Part shown: in pieces, positions 27,286-63,142 of the stretch
Layout: each line of letters starts with the position of its first letter
How positions within the stretch are numbered: position 1 is the stretch's first letter
NCBI GenBank assembly: GCA_002633005.1
Contig: NMRA01000517.1
Coordinates: forward strand, 101,827-165,826
Length of the DNA: 64,000 bases
Direction: 5' to 3'
Source of the DNA: Phoronis australis
Lineage: Eukaryota > Animalia > Phoronida
Notes under the pieces: model-generated
The model's input: only the letters and a program-made list of their open reading frames with translations
Databases searched by the model: none
Told to the model about the DNA's origin: nothing
Program-made: the position numbers and the translations under genes

Positions 27286-27479
27286 AAACACTAGAGAGAC
27301 ATGCTGGTGGATTCTCCGTTGGCATTTTGGAATTTGTGACGTTTAAGTGTGGTCAGTATTCTGCTCAAATGGCTACTCAATGGGTGTGTTTATTGGTCAG
27401 TGCTGTGTACCATTACTAGACATCACTGAAGATAGTCAGTTGCTGTGAGGCCATGATTCATTTATTAGCAATGTTTTTG

Positions 27480-27485
27480 AATAAA
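27480..27485 (+). promoter_or_regulatory. Likely PHB1 polyadenylation signal
   Basis: First AATAAA about 295 nt after the PHB1 stop, with GT/T-rich sequence downstream. Confidence 0.55.
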
Positions 27486-27966
27486 TGCACTTTCCACAAC
27501 AGAAGACACTTCCAAGTGAAAACTGTCATTATGTGATCATGTGCTTCTTTTGCCCCACACAACACTGACTGTCTAGTACATAGTCGCCTGTAGCTTAGTT
27601 CTGGGACCATTGTCCAGGTAACCAGTTGATCGTAGGGCAGCCAGTTGTCTCTAATACAGAGGTAATCAGTTGATGGTAGGGCTGCCAGTTGTCTCTAATT
27701 CAGCAAGAATGTTGTAATAAGTGTTCTGGTGACTGATTTATTTCCCCACACCATCCGAGTGAGGCTACTTGAATGACCTGTCTGCCAGTATCACATACGA
27801 GTATGGCTCAAGTATCCCAGAAACTCGGTGAAATGACAAACAAGCAAAACTTACACAGTTCACGTTTGTGACGTCTGTGGATTGGGTGCACAAACTGTGT
27901 TTTCTGATACCAGCATTGTGTTTGACAATCAGGAAGCATAGGTTACAAGTAAGTGAAACCGATAAA

Positions 27967-28900
27967 GTTTGAGTCTACTACTGGAATAAAAACTTGCAAA
28001 AATTAGCGACGTTGCGTTCGCATCTCACGGATTCAGCTTGGCTTGTGATGCTATCGTTATTCTGGCCAGTTGGTGACGTTTTGACAAGTGCTGTTGGCGC
28101 CCAAAGCCCATGGTATCACCTCGAGCACTGAACGTAACTTACAGTGCATAGGCGCTACGTTCAAATGCCAAAAGGTGGTTGGCTGCGCCTACGCCACACT
28201 ACAGTACTGGTTTTGACCAGACAGCGTGGCATTGATGTCAGAACAACATCCCATACGAGTGACAAATCGAATCATGAAGCACCTCATTATTATAAGTTCT
28301 ACTTGTGTGGCGATTCCCTACGTCCAGGGTTTTTCCGACTGCCTCAAGGACATTTTAACTGTTTGACATTTCTATCATCCACAAACCGTTTAATTCTCTC
28401 CGCAGCCAACTGGTTAATGTCAAGAACAAGACCCCTAAGGGTAATAAATCATATGTTTATGGTGTTCAGTGTAAGGATCCCCAGTGCTCAGAGTTACATA
28501 GAAGGAAGGAAAGTCCATAAAAATGCATGTCACAACATTGTCGTCCTAGTTACGGGGACACTTGCGATTCGGCTATTTTTGGCCACCTGTTCGCCACTGA
28601 ACATGATTTCAATACTGATGATGTCACTATCCTAGACTGTGAGGGAGACTGGTTCAAAAGGGGTGTAAAAGAAGCTCTCCATGAGCGCATCGAGAGCCCC
28701 TCTTTAAATAAAAGAGGCGGTTTAAGGTTCCATTTGTCACACATATGGGATGGTTTTTGACGTCGATGTCGCGCCGTCTGGTCAAAACGCCACCAATTGG
28801 CCAGAATAATGATAATGTTACAAGCTAAGCTGAAGTCTGTGAGATGCGGACGCAACGTCGCTAATTTTTGTAAGTTTTTATTCCATTATTAGTCTCAAAC
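27967..28900 (+). mobile_element. Penelope-like retroelement remnant with GIY-YIG fragment and inverted terminal copy
   Basis: Inverted arms 27967-28090 (plus 28209-28255) vs about 28745-28900. ORF 28527-28760 reads MSQHCRPS..SAIFGHL..DDVTILDCEGDWFKRGVKEALHERIESPSLNKRGGLR, a typical PLE GIY-YIG C-terminus. Hammerhead-like CTGAAGTCTG..CGGAC-GCAAC at 28830-28856. Confidence 0.85.
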
Positions 28901-29276
28901 ATAATCTGTTTTCTTAACTGGATGTCTCAAAATGTTCATGCTTTTATTAAGTGAAACTGACTTTATCATCAGGCCATGAACTGTGTTAGTATGTGAGCAG
29001 ACATGTTCAGTAGCCACACACAATGCCAGCCTCATGTCGTTCACCCACACACACACGCACGCACACACACACACACACACACAGTGACAACCTCATCTGT
29101 TCATAGGCATGTTCTGAAAAGTGATAGCACCACTGTTTTATTCTATTCACTGCCTTGGAGCTGGCGTTTTTCTTTAACATTCACCTCGATGCTCCGAGTG
29201 CTTTTTCTAAATATATATTACATTTAAAGGTGAAATTGGCAAATAGAAGTACAAAACTGGTACTGTCTGTTTTCCA

Positions 29277-29282
29277 TTTATT
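29277..29282 (-). promoter_or_regulatory. Candidate polyadenylation signal of the R3H/SUZ gene (would imply a 3' UTR of about 3.6 kb)
   Basis: AATAAA on the minus strand at the end of a long stretch that is T-rich on the minus strand and has no exon candidates. Inference only. Confidence 0.35.
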
Positions 29283-29487
29283 ATCAATCGCACTGTGACA
29301 ACAAGTAGTATGGCCAGAATACTGACTAATCTCAACTACAACTTAACAAAGTACAACACTAGCGCAGACAGATGAACACACACACATTGTAACATTCCAT
29401 TGATCTACATGAACAAGACACAGGCCAAGATAGTTTTTGAGATTATCTCCCCTTGTTCTTCACCACATTATCTGATCACCAGACCAG

Positions 29488-29719
29488 TATATAAATATGT
29501 ATATATATATATACAAACATATATATACACACATATATATATACACATGTATATATATACACATATATATATACACACATATACATATACTGATCCTCTT
29601 AAATTTCTTTAATAGCAAATGTGTGTTTTAATGCCTTAAAACAATATCCGTGGCAGGTCCTCTATGGCAGGTCCTCCGTGGCAGGTCCTCCGTGGCAGGT
29701 CCTCCGTGGCAGGTCCTCT
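29488..29719. repeat. TA/CA microsatellite plus a 14-bp CCGTGGCAGGTCCT array
   Basis: Directly visible. Confidence 0.9.
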
Positions 29720-31234
29720 ATTGCATTTCGTGAGACTTTCTAGCCGACTACTACAAGGCCCACATCTCAAATATTGCAGCCACTACACAATTCTGCATCA
29801 ACAAAATCCAGCACAAGAGTTATCAGTATTTAACATGTCGAGCTCTTAGTGATTTGATAGAACTACTCTTAATTGCACTGTTACCATGGATACTTGTAGA
29901 CCTAGCATCAGGCCCTCCGACTGCTGGAGAAACAATACGTATCCATCCTTCCCAAATGGACACACTACACTGAGTTGGCAGACATATTTAGATGACAAAT
30001 GTTAAGCAAAAGATTCCAGAACTGAGATTGGCTGTAAATGGGCCAGTTGCCAACTGCAGTCAGGCAATTTAAATCTCTGTTACTAATTACGCTATGACTA
30101 TAATTAGTTAAGTCTTCCTTAAATGGGTTTTTGTTCTTCATATGTTCGTCCATTCTGATGGTCATAGGAGTGATTTAGCTTAACCAGAAACACTATATGA
30201 CCACTATAAACTCCAGAAAAGGGGAAAGTGCTTAGCAGTGCCCATCACATGTCACCATAGTAACACTGAACAAGATGCAAACCACAATTGTAGATAAGAG
30301 GACAAAGATAATGAGAGTATGTCAGTCAGGACAAGGGAACTATACTGGCCAGAATGTATCAAATTAGTGGGTGGAGCTACATTTAACTAACAAGACGATT
30401 GGTTATACTGTCCATGACGGAATGTACAGCTTAGATCTCTGACATGTCACAGCCACTTGATACGGGCTTTAAACAGTAAAATCTAGCTGTTTGTTAAACT
30501 TGCCAGTTAACTCCTCTGAAGTGATTAGAGAGGTGCTGTAAATAAATATTATTTAAGAGCAGAATTTTGCATGTGTTACCATAAAGTTAGGCTATAATGC
30601 TTGTCAGAATTTTGACCAAAAATGCAGATATGTTGGAAAATTGCAAAAAAAGTATTGGTGAGTGACAGTCTCGGTCTCCTACAACAGCACGAAGGCGATG
30701 ACACTGAAGACAGTGACACTGAAGACACAAATGAAACAGTTACTCAGCACACAACATGAAAAAGGTGTGCATACAATTATGAACAGTTACTGAAAATGCA
30801 CACCTTGTTCCAGGTAATCTGACATGTGAATGTTTACTGTGAACAGACCTACCCAGCAGAGCATCAAGACATGTCCAGTAATTTTGTTTAACCTGTCAAG
30901 TAACTTATTAACCTTAGACTATTGCAACATATATGGCCTGCTATACCTATTCATTATGCCTTCAGAGATGTACTCCTCTACATTCTACCAACAGATGGCG
31001 CTATGATCTATGACTACGCAAGATACACACAAACGTCCAACATCAGCAGAAATACAAAGAAATGGCACAAGTGTGCTTGACTGCGTTAGACCTGGTGCAG
31101 ATCTCTTAAACATCACTCCGTTGTGTTATTAAGTCATTCCCATGTGAGGTCGCATGCCTGTACAGCTTTGTGGAGAGAAAACAGTAATGAATAGCAATTG
31201 TCCAATCACAGCAAACAAGCATGCTGATTCACCT

Positions 31235-31610
31235 CAGTGTTTCCCCTGCATGTGAAAATCTGGGTGGCCTGCCACGCTCCTGTTATTTTGCCCTAACTGA
31301 GCGCCATACACCTCAGAATCCTGACAGGAAAACTTCACCGCTACGCAAAACTCGCTAGTAAAAATGAGCACGAAATACACAACTTATACGGCTACTGTTA
31401 ATGTTTGTGGATTGAACAGGAAAAACAATAATTTAAAATCGGATTCTGAACTTCTCCCCTGCCCCTGCTGCTACCATTCACCACCACGGTCCTTTTGAAG
31501 CCCAGGCAATAGGGGTATCCCATATCCTATACTTAAATGCAGCAATAGGCTTTGCGTTCCACTGGCACCATTCACCACCACACTCCATTTGAAGCCCAGG
31601 GGAAACACTG
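31235..31610. mobile_element. MITE with 14-bp TIRs (CAGTGTTTCCCCTG) in the putative 3' UTR of the R3H gene
   Basis: Perfect inverted 14-mers at 31235-31248 and 31597-31610. No TSD recognised. Confidence 0.5.
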
Positions 31611-32866
31611 TAAGGTCCACAGCATACCTGTCTGATACAGTGGCTATTGTAGGTCAGCATACATCTAAACTAGATCTAACAGATGGCAGCACAGTAGTGT
31701 TGTCTAACAGTATTACTCATTGTTAAATAAATCACAAGTTGATAAAGAGTAAAAATTAAATAACAAACCGTATCATATAAATTATGAAAAACGGCAGAAG
31801 ATTGATCACAGGGATGGCATGCATTTCTATACACAACACGACACAACTAATAACAACTATCAAGACAACAAAATATATAAAGACGTGGCATCACACTCCA
31901 GGGGTATGCACCAGGGTCACACATCACGGAACAACGAGACTAGAGTTCAAACAGGTGACCTTTAAGCTTTCCACTAAGGCTTTAGGGGCCTGCTTCACTA
32001 TAACAACCAAAAAAGGTGTTAAGTCAAACTTTGGTTAGTGTTGAACAAACCTAACAGCTGCAAGTTTAGATCATAGCTTAAGTCCACTTTCAAACCTTTC
32101 GAGTCCTTGAAAAAGTTGTAGGTATGACTCAGCAGTTTTATTTGTGAGGACAGTGAATGTCGAGGGAAATGAATGAATTTAAAGTATTTTGATCAGGAGC
32201 ACAGCACATCATAGAGTGATTTAGACTTGTATGATCAAGACATCTCAGAACACTTTTTACTCCAAGTGAAAAAATTGTCAAATTGTGGTTATGGATTCTC
32301 ACCATTAATCGTCACGGTGATTTTGACATAACACCTTTTTAGTAAAATGGGAGTAAGACTCGGTACCAAGTTTTTGATGTGAACTAAAACGAATGTGATG
32401 ACATTTGCGTGAAGTAGACCCCTAAGGAACTGTCCTGTTGTATATATTATTCTCGTATGAGTTTTGTTTGCAGGGCAAGGATGAAACAATCCCAAACTGG
32501 ATGTGGCAGGATTGTGCATATTTTCATCAAATCTTAACTGAAACCAGTTTTCACCAAACTTTCATTCGTTCGTGAGTCAGCAAAGCTGTCTCATATCCAC
32601 CATTCGCATCACAAATCTGTCTCCGTCAGAACGCTCCGCGTACTACAACCCTGTGTTCCGACTCAATTACCCATAACACTTTCCACAATTCCTGTCATGT
32701 CGTTCTGGTCTCTCCATCTCCAATGACACCGCCAGCAACGTTACATTACCCCATGCCATGCTGTATACATTACCCCATGCCATGCTGTATACAACTGGTG
32801 ACACTATGACTCCCTCCAGACACACAAGAAAGAGAGACTAAACCAAAGACCTAAACAAGCGTACAC

Positions 32867-55589
<22,723 letters not shown>

Positions 55590-57950
55590 CTTGTCACTTA
55601 AAAACAGACAAAAATAATTCCTTACTCCTTCATTTGTTTACTTATTATAACAATAACACATACTGATATTTATCTTTCAGGATGAGGTAAAAAAAGTTGA
55701 TTCAGCTAAAAACACTTCTAGAGGAGGCAGTGTGATGGATGCCTGCTATCTTTACTAAGGTCATGGGTTGGAGTCCCACTGGGTCACACTGACAGGTTTC
55801 TAGCTCCTCAGCTCGGTTTTAACTTTTTTTAATAAAGCACAAAAATGGTTCCATATGATCAGTGCAACGGGCCTCGGCCAGCGCACCTTTGGTACAATGC
55901 GCATCAAACCACCAGCAATTATGTTTTTAAAAAGCACTTCTGACTGGTGTTTGTTTGCAAAAACGAAAGTGCATATAGTGTGACTGACTTCTTAGCGGAT
56001 AGTAGCAGCCAACGCCATCAATGACAATGACAGTAACGACAATGTACTAGATGAGAGTAAAATCACAATCAATGACAAAACTGACGATAAGACTGCAGCT
56101 GACAATGCAGACAACACTGTCGAAGATGGCACTGACTTCAATCCCAATGATGCTGTCATCCTCTAACACTGGTCAAATCTCGACAGCCAATGAGACTCAC
56201 TGAAATGCCGAGTAGATAATGTCCCAGGCACAGTTCACACTGACTACTATGCCAATGACAATCATGAGCAACACTGACACCAAACATGATACCGACACTG
56301 ACACCAAACATGATACCGATACTGTCACCAAACATGATACCGACACTGACACCAAACATGATACCGACACTGTCACCAAACATGACACCGACACTGTCAC
56401 CAAACATGATACCGACACTGACACCAAAAACAATGTCATCAACCATGGTGACAACAATGCCGTATGCATTTTTGAAAAGTTTTGAAATCTCAACATATCC
56501 AAATAAAGCGGAAAATAAAATCACAAAACGCAACCAATTTTCTTGTTTTATAGTTCTACATTTAAGCAAACATCACAAAGTCTTCCGTAGAAATTGGGAA
56601 TAACAGCCACGCTCACATAAGCGCCTATCTACTCCTTACCTTTGAAAGTTTTCGGAATAAATGCCCACTGCTCTACTAAGAGTCTTCTATAACTTTCAAC
56701 TAAGCATCATGACAACAGACGTTCCTTTTCAGTTAGTTCTCAGTAAATTACAACTTGTGCGTACAGTATAATTCTAAAGAATCGTTGACAACATTGGCGA
56801 AACCTACACACACCAGTTTAACTGAGATGCAATAAGCAAAAACCAGTCCTTGATTTGCATTTATATAACTTCAAGATGGTATAGAAATATCTAGGAATGT
56901 ATAGCCCACTTTTGAACCCGGTGTCACATTCTCTAGCCGGAGTTTTATCTAGTGCAGTGAAGTCAGAAACTTAGAGCAAGTAGACAGTGTTGTTGTTACG
57001 CAGTTAAACTTGGTTGTTAACTTTGTAGGTAACAAAAGGGGGACTCTGTAAAATTGAAAAGACCGAGTCCTGGGACTCAAAATTTTGAAACCCTAACGCC
57101 AACACTGATGACCACTGTCCACTCATTTTTGGTGTTCGATGACCACTGTCCACTCATTTTTGGTGTTCACAGAATTAAACATCATGACAGGAAACAGCAT
57201 TTTTCTCCCATGACCTGGAATGTGTTATGACACAACTGGTTAATATCGGCAAGCCTCGGGATTTAGACGAAGAGGTTTTAACCATGTCATAAACCTGAGA
57301 CTCGTGTAGGATTCTCCATGTCTGGTTACCTTTGTGGTGTACTGTATGTGTATGAGGGTGAATAGTATGTATATGTGGGTGAATAGTATGTATATGTGGG
57401 TGAATAGTATGTATATGTGGGTGAATAGTACGTATATGTGGGTGAATAGTATGTATATGTGGGTGAATAGTACATATATGTTGGTGAATAAAACTTCAGA
57501 AGCAAAACCCAATGAAATACCCACGTGTGTTCATCTCCCACTTGGTGATTACTAAGTGTAAGTGTAGGTGCATACAGTATGACACTTCTTGCCAGGTTAA
57601 TTGAATTGTGGTGTACTGTTACAGCCTTCACATGGGGGCGGAGATTCCAGGAAAAGCACCAGAACAATAAACAAACCACAGCATCATCTGATTATTCAGA
57701 GTTATTTATATCTTCATGAAATCATGTTTTGAATTGACGTTTATTCCTAAACTTAGCAAATTAGTAAAATGCAATCAGTTTGGAAAACTGCTTACTGAAG
57801 CTTCACCAAAACTGCGCTTACCTTTCATACAAAACAAGGGCATGGAAGTTATTGCTAGTCATCGGAGTAAACACCAGACGGCGCAGTTCATTTGTACGAA
57901 TATTGAGTGCTAGGTTCGAGGCTACCTGAAAATTATTGCGCTGCCTTTAA

Positions 57951-59210
57951 AGGAGAATGCCACCTGATTTAACTAGTCTTTTTTACCGTCTTAATGAGTC
58001 CAAATCCACATCACCTCGTATACAGTGGATCTTAGCTCGCCGTGAGGTGTCGCGTTAACCTGTGAGGAAGGCGAGAAATGACACAGCAACAACGTCAGCG
58101 GTTCTTCTGCAGAGTGAGTGCCGCTATGGTGTGGTGTATCATTTCCACTTGTGCAAACTATGAAGCTGCGAGGAAAGCGGGTATATCGTTTTTTTTTTCG
58201 ATTTTCTCGAGAGCCCATAATGCTTCGGAAGTGGCTCCTGGTAGTGAAGAATGAAAACTACGCCGTTAATACCAAATATGACACTGTGAAACTTCGATGT
58301 GTCTGTCAGTGGCCCAGCTTACCAAACAGCTCATGCCAGGGTAGAAAAAGAGACTTAAGCTGAAGTCAGATGTTGTGCCTAGTGTGTTTGCGTTCGACAG
58401 GCAAGAGACAAAGAAACACGGATCTGTTGTTTTTGATTATGGAGAATTGTAGTTGGCCATGAAAACATAAAAAATTACAATCAATTCAAGACGTGAAAAC
58501 ATAATGTTTTAAATACCCTGTTTGATGACTGACTCATTTGTCAGGCTTCTGTTTTGTCCTTTGGGTGTAGGATGTTTTCCCCATTCTTTTTCTCAGCCGA
58601 ACGTCGTAAGCATACCTCTGTTTAGATGCAGTGAAGCCAGGATGGTCCGTGAGACACATCTGCTCTTCTCAAGGAAGGCGTTTCACTTGCGGAATTTTGT
58701 GGCAGCAAATGCAAGTGTCAGTCATTTCCAATATTGTGACACCATGACAAGTCATTCAAACGGTTTTCGGAACTATCCACGTTCCGTTGTCTGTGCACGT
58801 TCACGGAACCTCTGTAGTATTTCTTGATCAGTATATTCCGGATCGAACTGATAACCTGTGAAACCTAACAATCTACCTGTGAAGTCTTCATCAGATGAGC
58901 ACTCGTCTAATTCGGGATTGCGAGTTGCCATGTTAACTTTTATTATCGTGCGTTCGGTTTCAAAATAAATTATTCTCTCCCCAACAAATACTACATATAA
59001 AAGTGAAACAAAGTCTGTCTCATTAGATGTAATGGCTTGGATTGTTCGTGAGTGCAAATGTTTTGAGAAGCAAGGAATGAATAAATCACTGCGTAACCGG
59101 CTTTAGGTGCAATAAACTAATTGACCGGGCACCGAGGCCGTGTGAGCTAATTCAGTGGTTGCTGACAGAAAGCTGTTGCGAAACAATAACTCAATTTTGT
59201 ATCATATTGT
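57951..59210 (+). mobile_element. Kolobok-like DNA transposon remnant (3' TIR not found)
   Basis: Starts TTAA|AGGAGAATGCCACC. On +, a THAP pseudogene CIISTCANY..GISFFRF..RKWLLVVK..VC..KLKSDVVPSVF. On -, a KolX/P2X7-ballast-like pseudogene MATRNPELDECSSDED..GYQFDPEY..RLNDLSWC..CICCHKIP..CLTDHPGF (58931 to about 58600, frameshifted). Confidence 0.75.
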
Positions 59211-60639
59211 CAGACCAGCTGACACACACTCTCCATACCTTCAGTCACCTTAACCCCAGTCACAGACCAGCAGTTGGGGCCCCTATATTCGTATAGGGAC
59301 CCCTTAACCCCAGTCACAGACCAGCAGTTGGGGCCCATATATTGATATAGGGACCCCAACTGAAGTACGCAAAAAGCTGGCCTCTTATAATAATATAGTG
59401 CCCCCCCCCCCACCCAAAGGCGACCAAAAAGCAGGGCCCACTTCTGTGGCTCAAGCAAGAATTTTTGGTTAAGTCATTCTGATAAGAATAAGTCACTGGT
59501 TTATTTCTATTTAAAATGGCATAGGCAAGAAATCTGTTTTCGAGTTTAAAAAGTGGTGTCATTTTTTACCTAGCAGAAAATTTGTGAACTAAAGAACTCA
59601 CTTGGTTCATTGCCTGGCATTTGGGTCACTGCGTGATGATCTTAGGTAAAAAATTGATTTGTCGCTGTTACAGAAAGGTAAGAAGAAGCAAAATATAACA
59701 GAGTAAGACCGTTTATGATTCCTAAATATTCTAAAGGAATCTGTCTTGGTCAGTACTAACACACTCAACACACTCTACCATTCATTTTATGTTCAATTCA
59801 CAAATTTGTGAAAAATGTTTTGATGGCTCTTCATCTCTGTTTGAGCTATTGGCTAGCCATTGTAGGCACTACAAAGGCCATTTTCACACTTTGGGACTGA
59901 TAATCAGAAATTTCAGAAAACCTAAGGAAAACATTGGAGTACATGGCATAGAACAGTACTTACCTCAAATGGTTCCAGTTCACCCAGCCATGACGATATC
60001 AACAGTAGCAGTACTTACCACCAATGGTTCCAGTTCACCCAGCCATGACGATATCAACAGTTCCCTAAATCCTCAACCAGAGCGTGTGTTCCAATGTCGA
60101 TCACCAACCGTCTATCAATTGATTCCACACAAGTATCCAACTAAAATATACCAACAGGCAACTTAAAACAAAACCCTGCATATTGTTGACTACAAAAATG
60201 ACAAGTAAAAATGTTCCTCCATACCCACCAAGGTAACTGACAGCCATTGCCTACCATAGTCATGTTTTGAGCACGTACCCTACTCTTCAAGCTCTTCTCC
60301 TTAGCACACACAATGTGGAGACACGTGATATATTTTGTAAATGTCTCAACAAAAAGAAATTTTGAGAAAAATTTTGACTCCATCACTAACTACCGCGGTT
60401 TATAGTGATGTTTATATTTTGTGCATTTAAACACTGTAAGCATCTTTGAAAAATGAGAAAAACACAATTTCGGATATTATTTTTTCGGGGGAAATTGAAA
60501 AGTGATTACCACCTAACCAAACTGAATCCACCATGACTAAATATTCATAAGTAAATGTTCAAATTGTATCATGACAGACTGCATTCACATTCACAAACAA
60601 CATGATAACTACATTACTTCAGCTACATGTGAAATAATA

Positions 60640-61585
60640 ACAAGAGCGTTGAAATGCGCCCACGAATGCGTTGCAAACGGTTTGCTTCTAGGGTTGTTCA
60701 TTTGTTTCATAAAACTGGCCACTAGATGGCGCAAAAATTCCAAACCACCTGAAAACGGGAACATGTCATCGCTTCTTTAATCACAAGCTATTCACCAAAT
60801 TTCATAAAAACCTGTCAAGGAACTTCAGAGAAACAAAAGGAAAACAGAAAAAATGAAAACTGCCACTATGGGACACAACATTCGTTGCATTCACCTGAAA
60901 GACGTCGTCGTCTGTTGTTCATATAAATACAATTACTAAATTTAAGATCCTGCAATGGGTTTAGGAGATGCAGCTATGGGTACAAAACAAAATAAAACTA
61001 CCACTAGGATGCACCACAGTGGTCGAAGTCGTCATTGTCAACCGTCCTCTTCACACTGAGAACATATACACCAATTTTCAAAATCATACTTAGAATGGTT
61101 TGGTAGATTGAGGGGCAAAAATGGTCACCTGGTGGCACAAAGTGTCTCGATTCCATACGGAAATGGGAGGACAGCATCATATCACCAATAGATGCCTATA
61201 CACCAAATTTTATGAAAATAGGTTGAGGACCTTTGAGGATACAGAGATAAACGTAAAAAAATTGCCACTACAGGGCACACTGGTAATCAGATCCATCCGA
61301 AAGTCGTCGCCGTCTGTTGTGAACATCATATAAATACACTTGCTACATTTAGTAAGGATACTGCAAAAGGTTTAGGAGTATACAGCCACAGGCGCAAAAA
61401 AAAACTGCCACAAGGAGACACCACAGTAGTCAAAATCGTCGGAAATCATCATCAGCCGTCCTCTTCATAGTAAGTACATACATGCCAATTTTCACAATCA
61501 TCCTTAGAGCGGTTTGGTTAATAGAGGGGTTGATGCCAAAAAACAGATTCGAAACAGCAAAAATTGCCACTAGATGGCGCAAACT
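60640..61585 (-). mobile_element. Helentron/HINE-like repeat (same family as 24300-25460)
   Basis: Colinear reverse-complement similarity to 24550-25440 and to 43620-44230. Confidence 0.55.
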
Positions 61586-62149
61586 ACGTCAAATCCACAG
61601 AGTCACCGTAGGTGTCACTGATAGTTATGACTGACACAGAATCAGTGTAGATGTCACTGATAATTATGACTGACACAGAGTCACGGTAGATGTCACTGAT
61701 AGTTATGACTGACACAGTGTCCTTGTATCTCACCTCACCGATCCCATCAATCACTGGATCCACAAACACATAGCCAACAAAAACTGTTCGAAGGGACAAA
61801 ACAGTTCAAAATTATTCATGTTTCTCCGTATCAAGTGAAACATCATTATTTTACCCACAACCATATTGCCATAGAAGCTGCCCTTACAGACAGGACAGGA
61901 TGAGTCTGACCCTCAATATAGATAACCATAATCAGGAGCCAGAACCTTTCAAGATGATGAGGAGGAGCCTGACCACTTCTGTGGATGATTATTATCTCTC
62001 AGCTGATGTCTACATCCAGTGTTGAACGCTGAGTTTGTCCTGGCACAGTGCTACAGCTACAGCATGTAATTCCATCCATCGCTGCATTCAAGGGTATTTT
62101 GGAAATTTTCCAGGGAATTTGTATTTGTATGGGATCAGAATGGAGACGA

Positions 62150-62545
62150 CCTTGGATGCAGTGAGCTAGTCTGGTGCACGGCTTTGGATACAGTGAGCCA
62201 ACCTGGTGCATGACCTTGACTAAAGTGGGCCAGCCTAGAGCACGGACTTGTAAACAGTGAGCCAGTCTGGTGCACCACCTTAGATACAGTAGGACAACCT
62301 GGTGCAGGGGACTTGTAAACAGTTATCCAGTGTGGTGCATCACCTTGGATACAGTAGGACAACCTGGTGCAGGGGACTTGTAAACAGTTATCCAGTGTGG
62401 TGCATCACCTTGAATACAGTAGGACAACCTGGTGCAGGGGACTTGTAAACAGTTATCCAGTGTGGTGCACCTTGGATACAGTGGGCCAACCTGGTGCATG
62501 ACCTTGGATAAAGTGGGTCAGCCTGATGCACCACCCTGGATACTG
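62150..62545. repeat. Diverged minisatellite of about 32 bp with alternating units
   Basis: Recurrent CCTTGGATACAGT..CTGGTGCA and GACTTGTAAACAG units. Confidence 0.8.
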
Positions 62546-62680
62546 TAAGCTGGTTTGGAATACCAATAATGTTACATAGAAAATAAGATTTCCTCAACTA
62601 CTCATACTTATAACAATTCTGATTACATGACAAACAAACATTTGTAAGAAAAGGTAAAGGAAAGTAACCTAACAACTTGC

Positions 62681-63142
62681 CAGGCCTTTATCCAGGATTT
62701 TGAAAATAGGGTGTCCAAAATGGGGTTCCAAATATTCCAAAGCGTCCATGATTCCGACGCGTAATTCCCCCACCCCCAGCAATACCCCCAAACACACAGA
62801 TTTTTTTTACAAAAAATGCATAGATCAAGGTTTTTACATCTAAGTTTATAAAACAGCCTTCTAGGGTGAGCATTTTCACTAAAAAAACTGTGTAGACCAA
62901 GACTTTTACTCTGCTGTCAATCAAGTGTCAAAATAGCAACAATGAATATACTTTGTATATACATTGTATATTTCTTCCTGCTTTGAAAAAAGAGCCCCCA
63001 CTGTGAGCCTTCAGAGGCTTCCTAGTATTCATTACAATGTGCGAGTCCAAACTTGAAAGGTTCCTATTGACAGTGGGCGTCCAAATGATACATTGGGCAT
63101 CCTTGCCAGGGTGTCCATATTAGTACGCTGCACGAAGGCCTG
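62681..63142. mobile_element. hAT-type MITE with an 8-bp TSD
   Basis: TIRs CAGGCCTT and AAGGCCTG; CAACTTGC duplicated at 62673-62680 and 63143-63150. Confidence 0.85.

Noticed and set aside
55715-55790. tRNA gene (B-box-like GGTTGGAGTCCC)
   Set aside because: No cloverleaf can be folded; at most a decayed SINE head.
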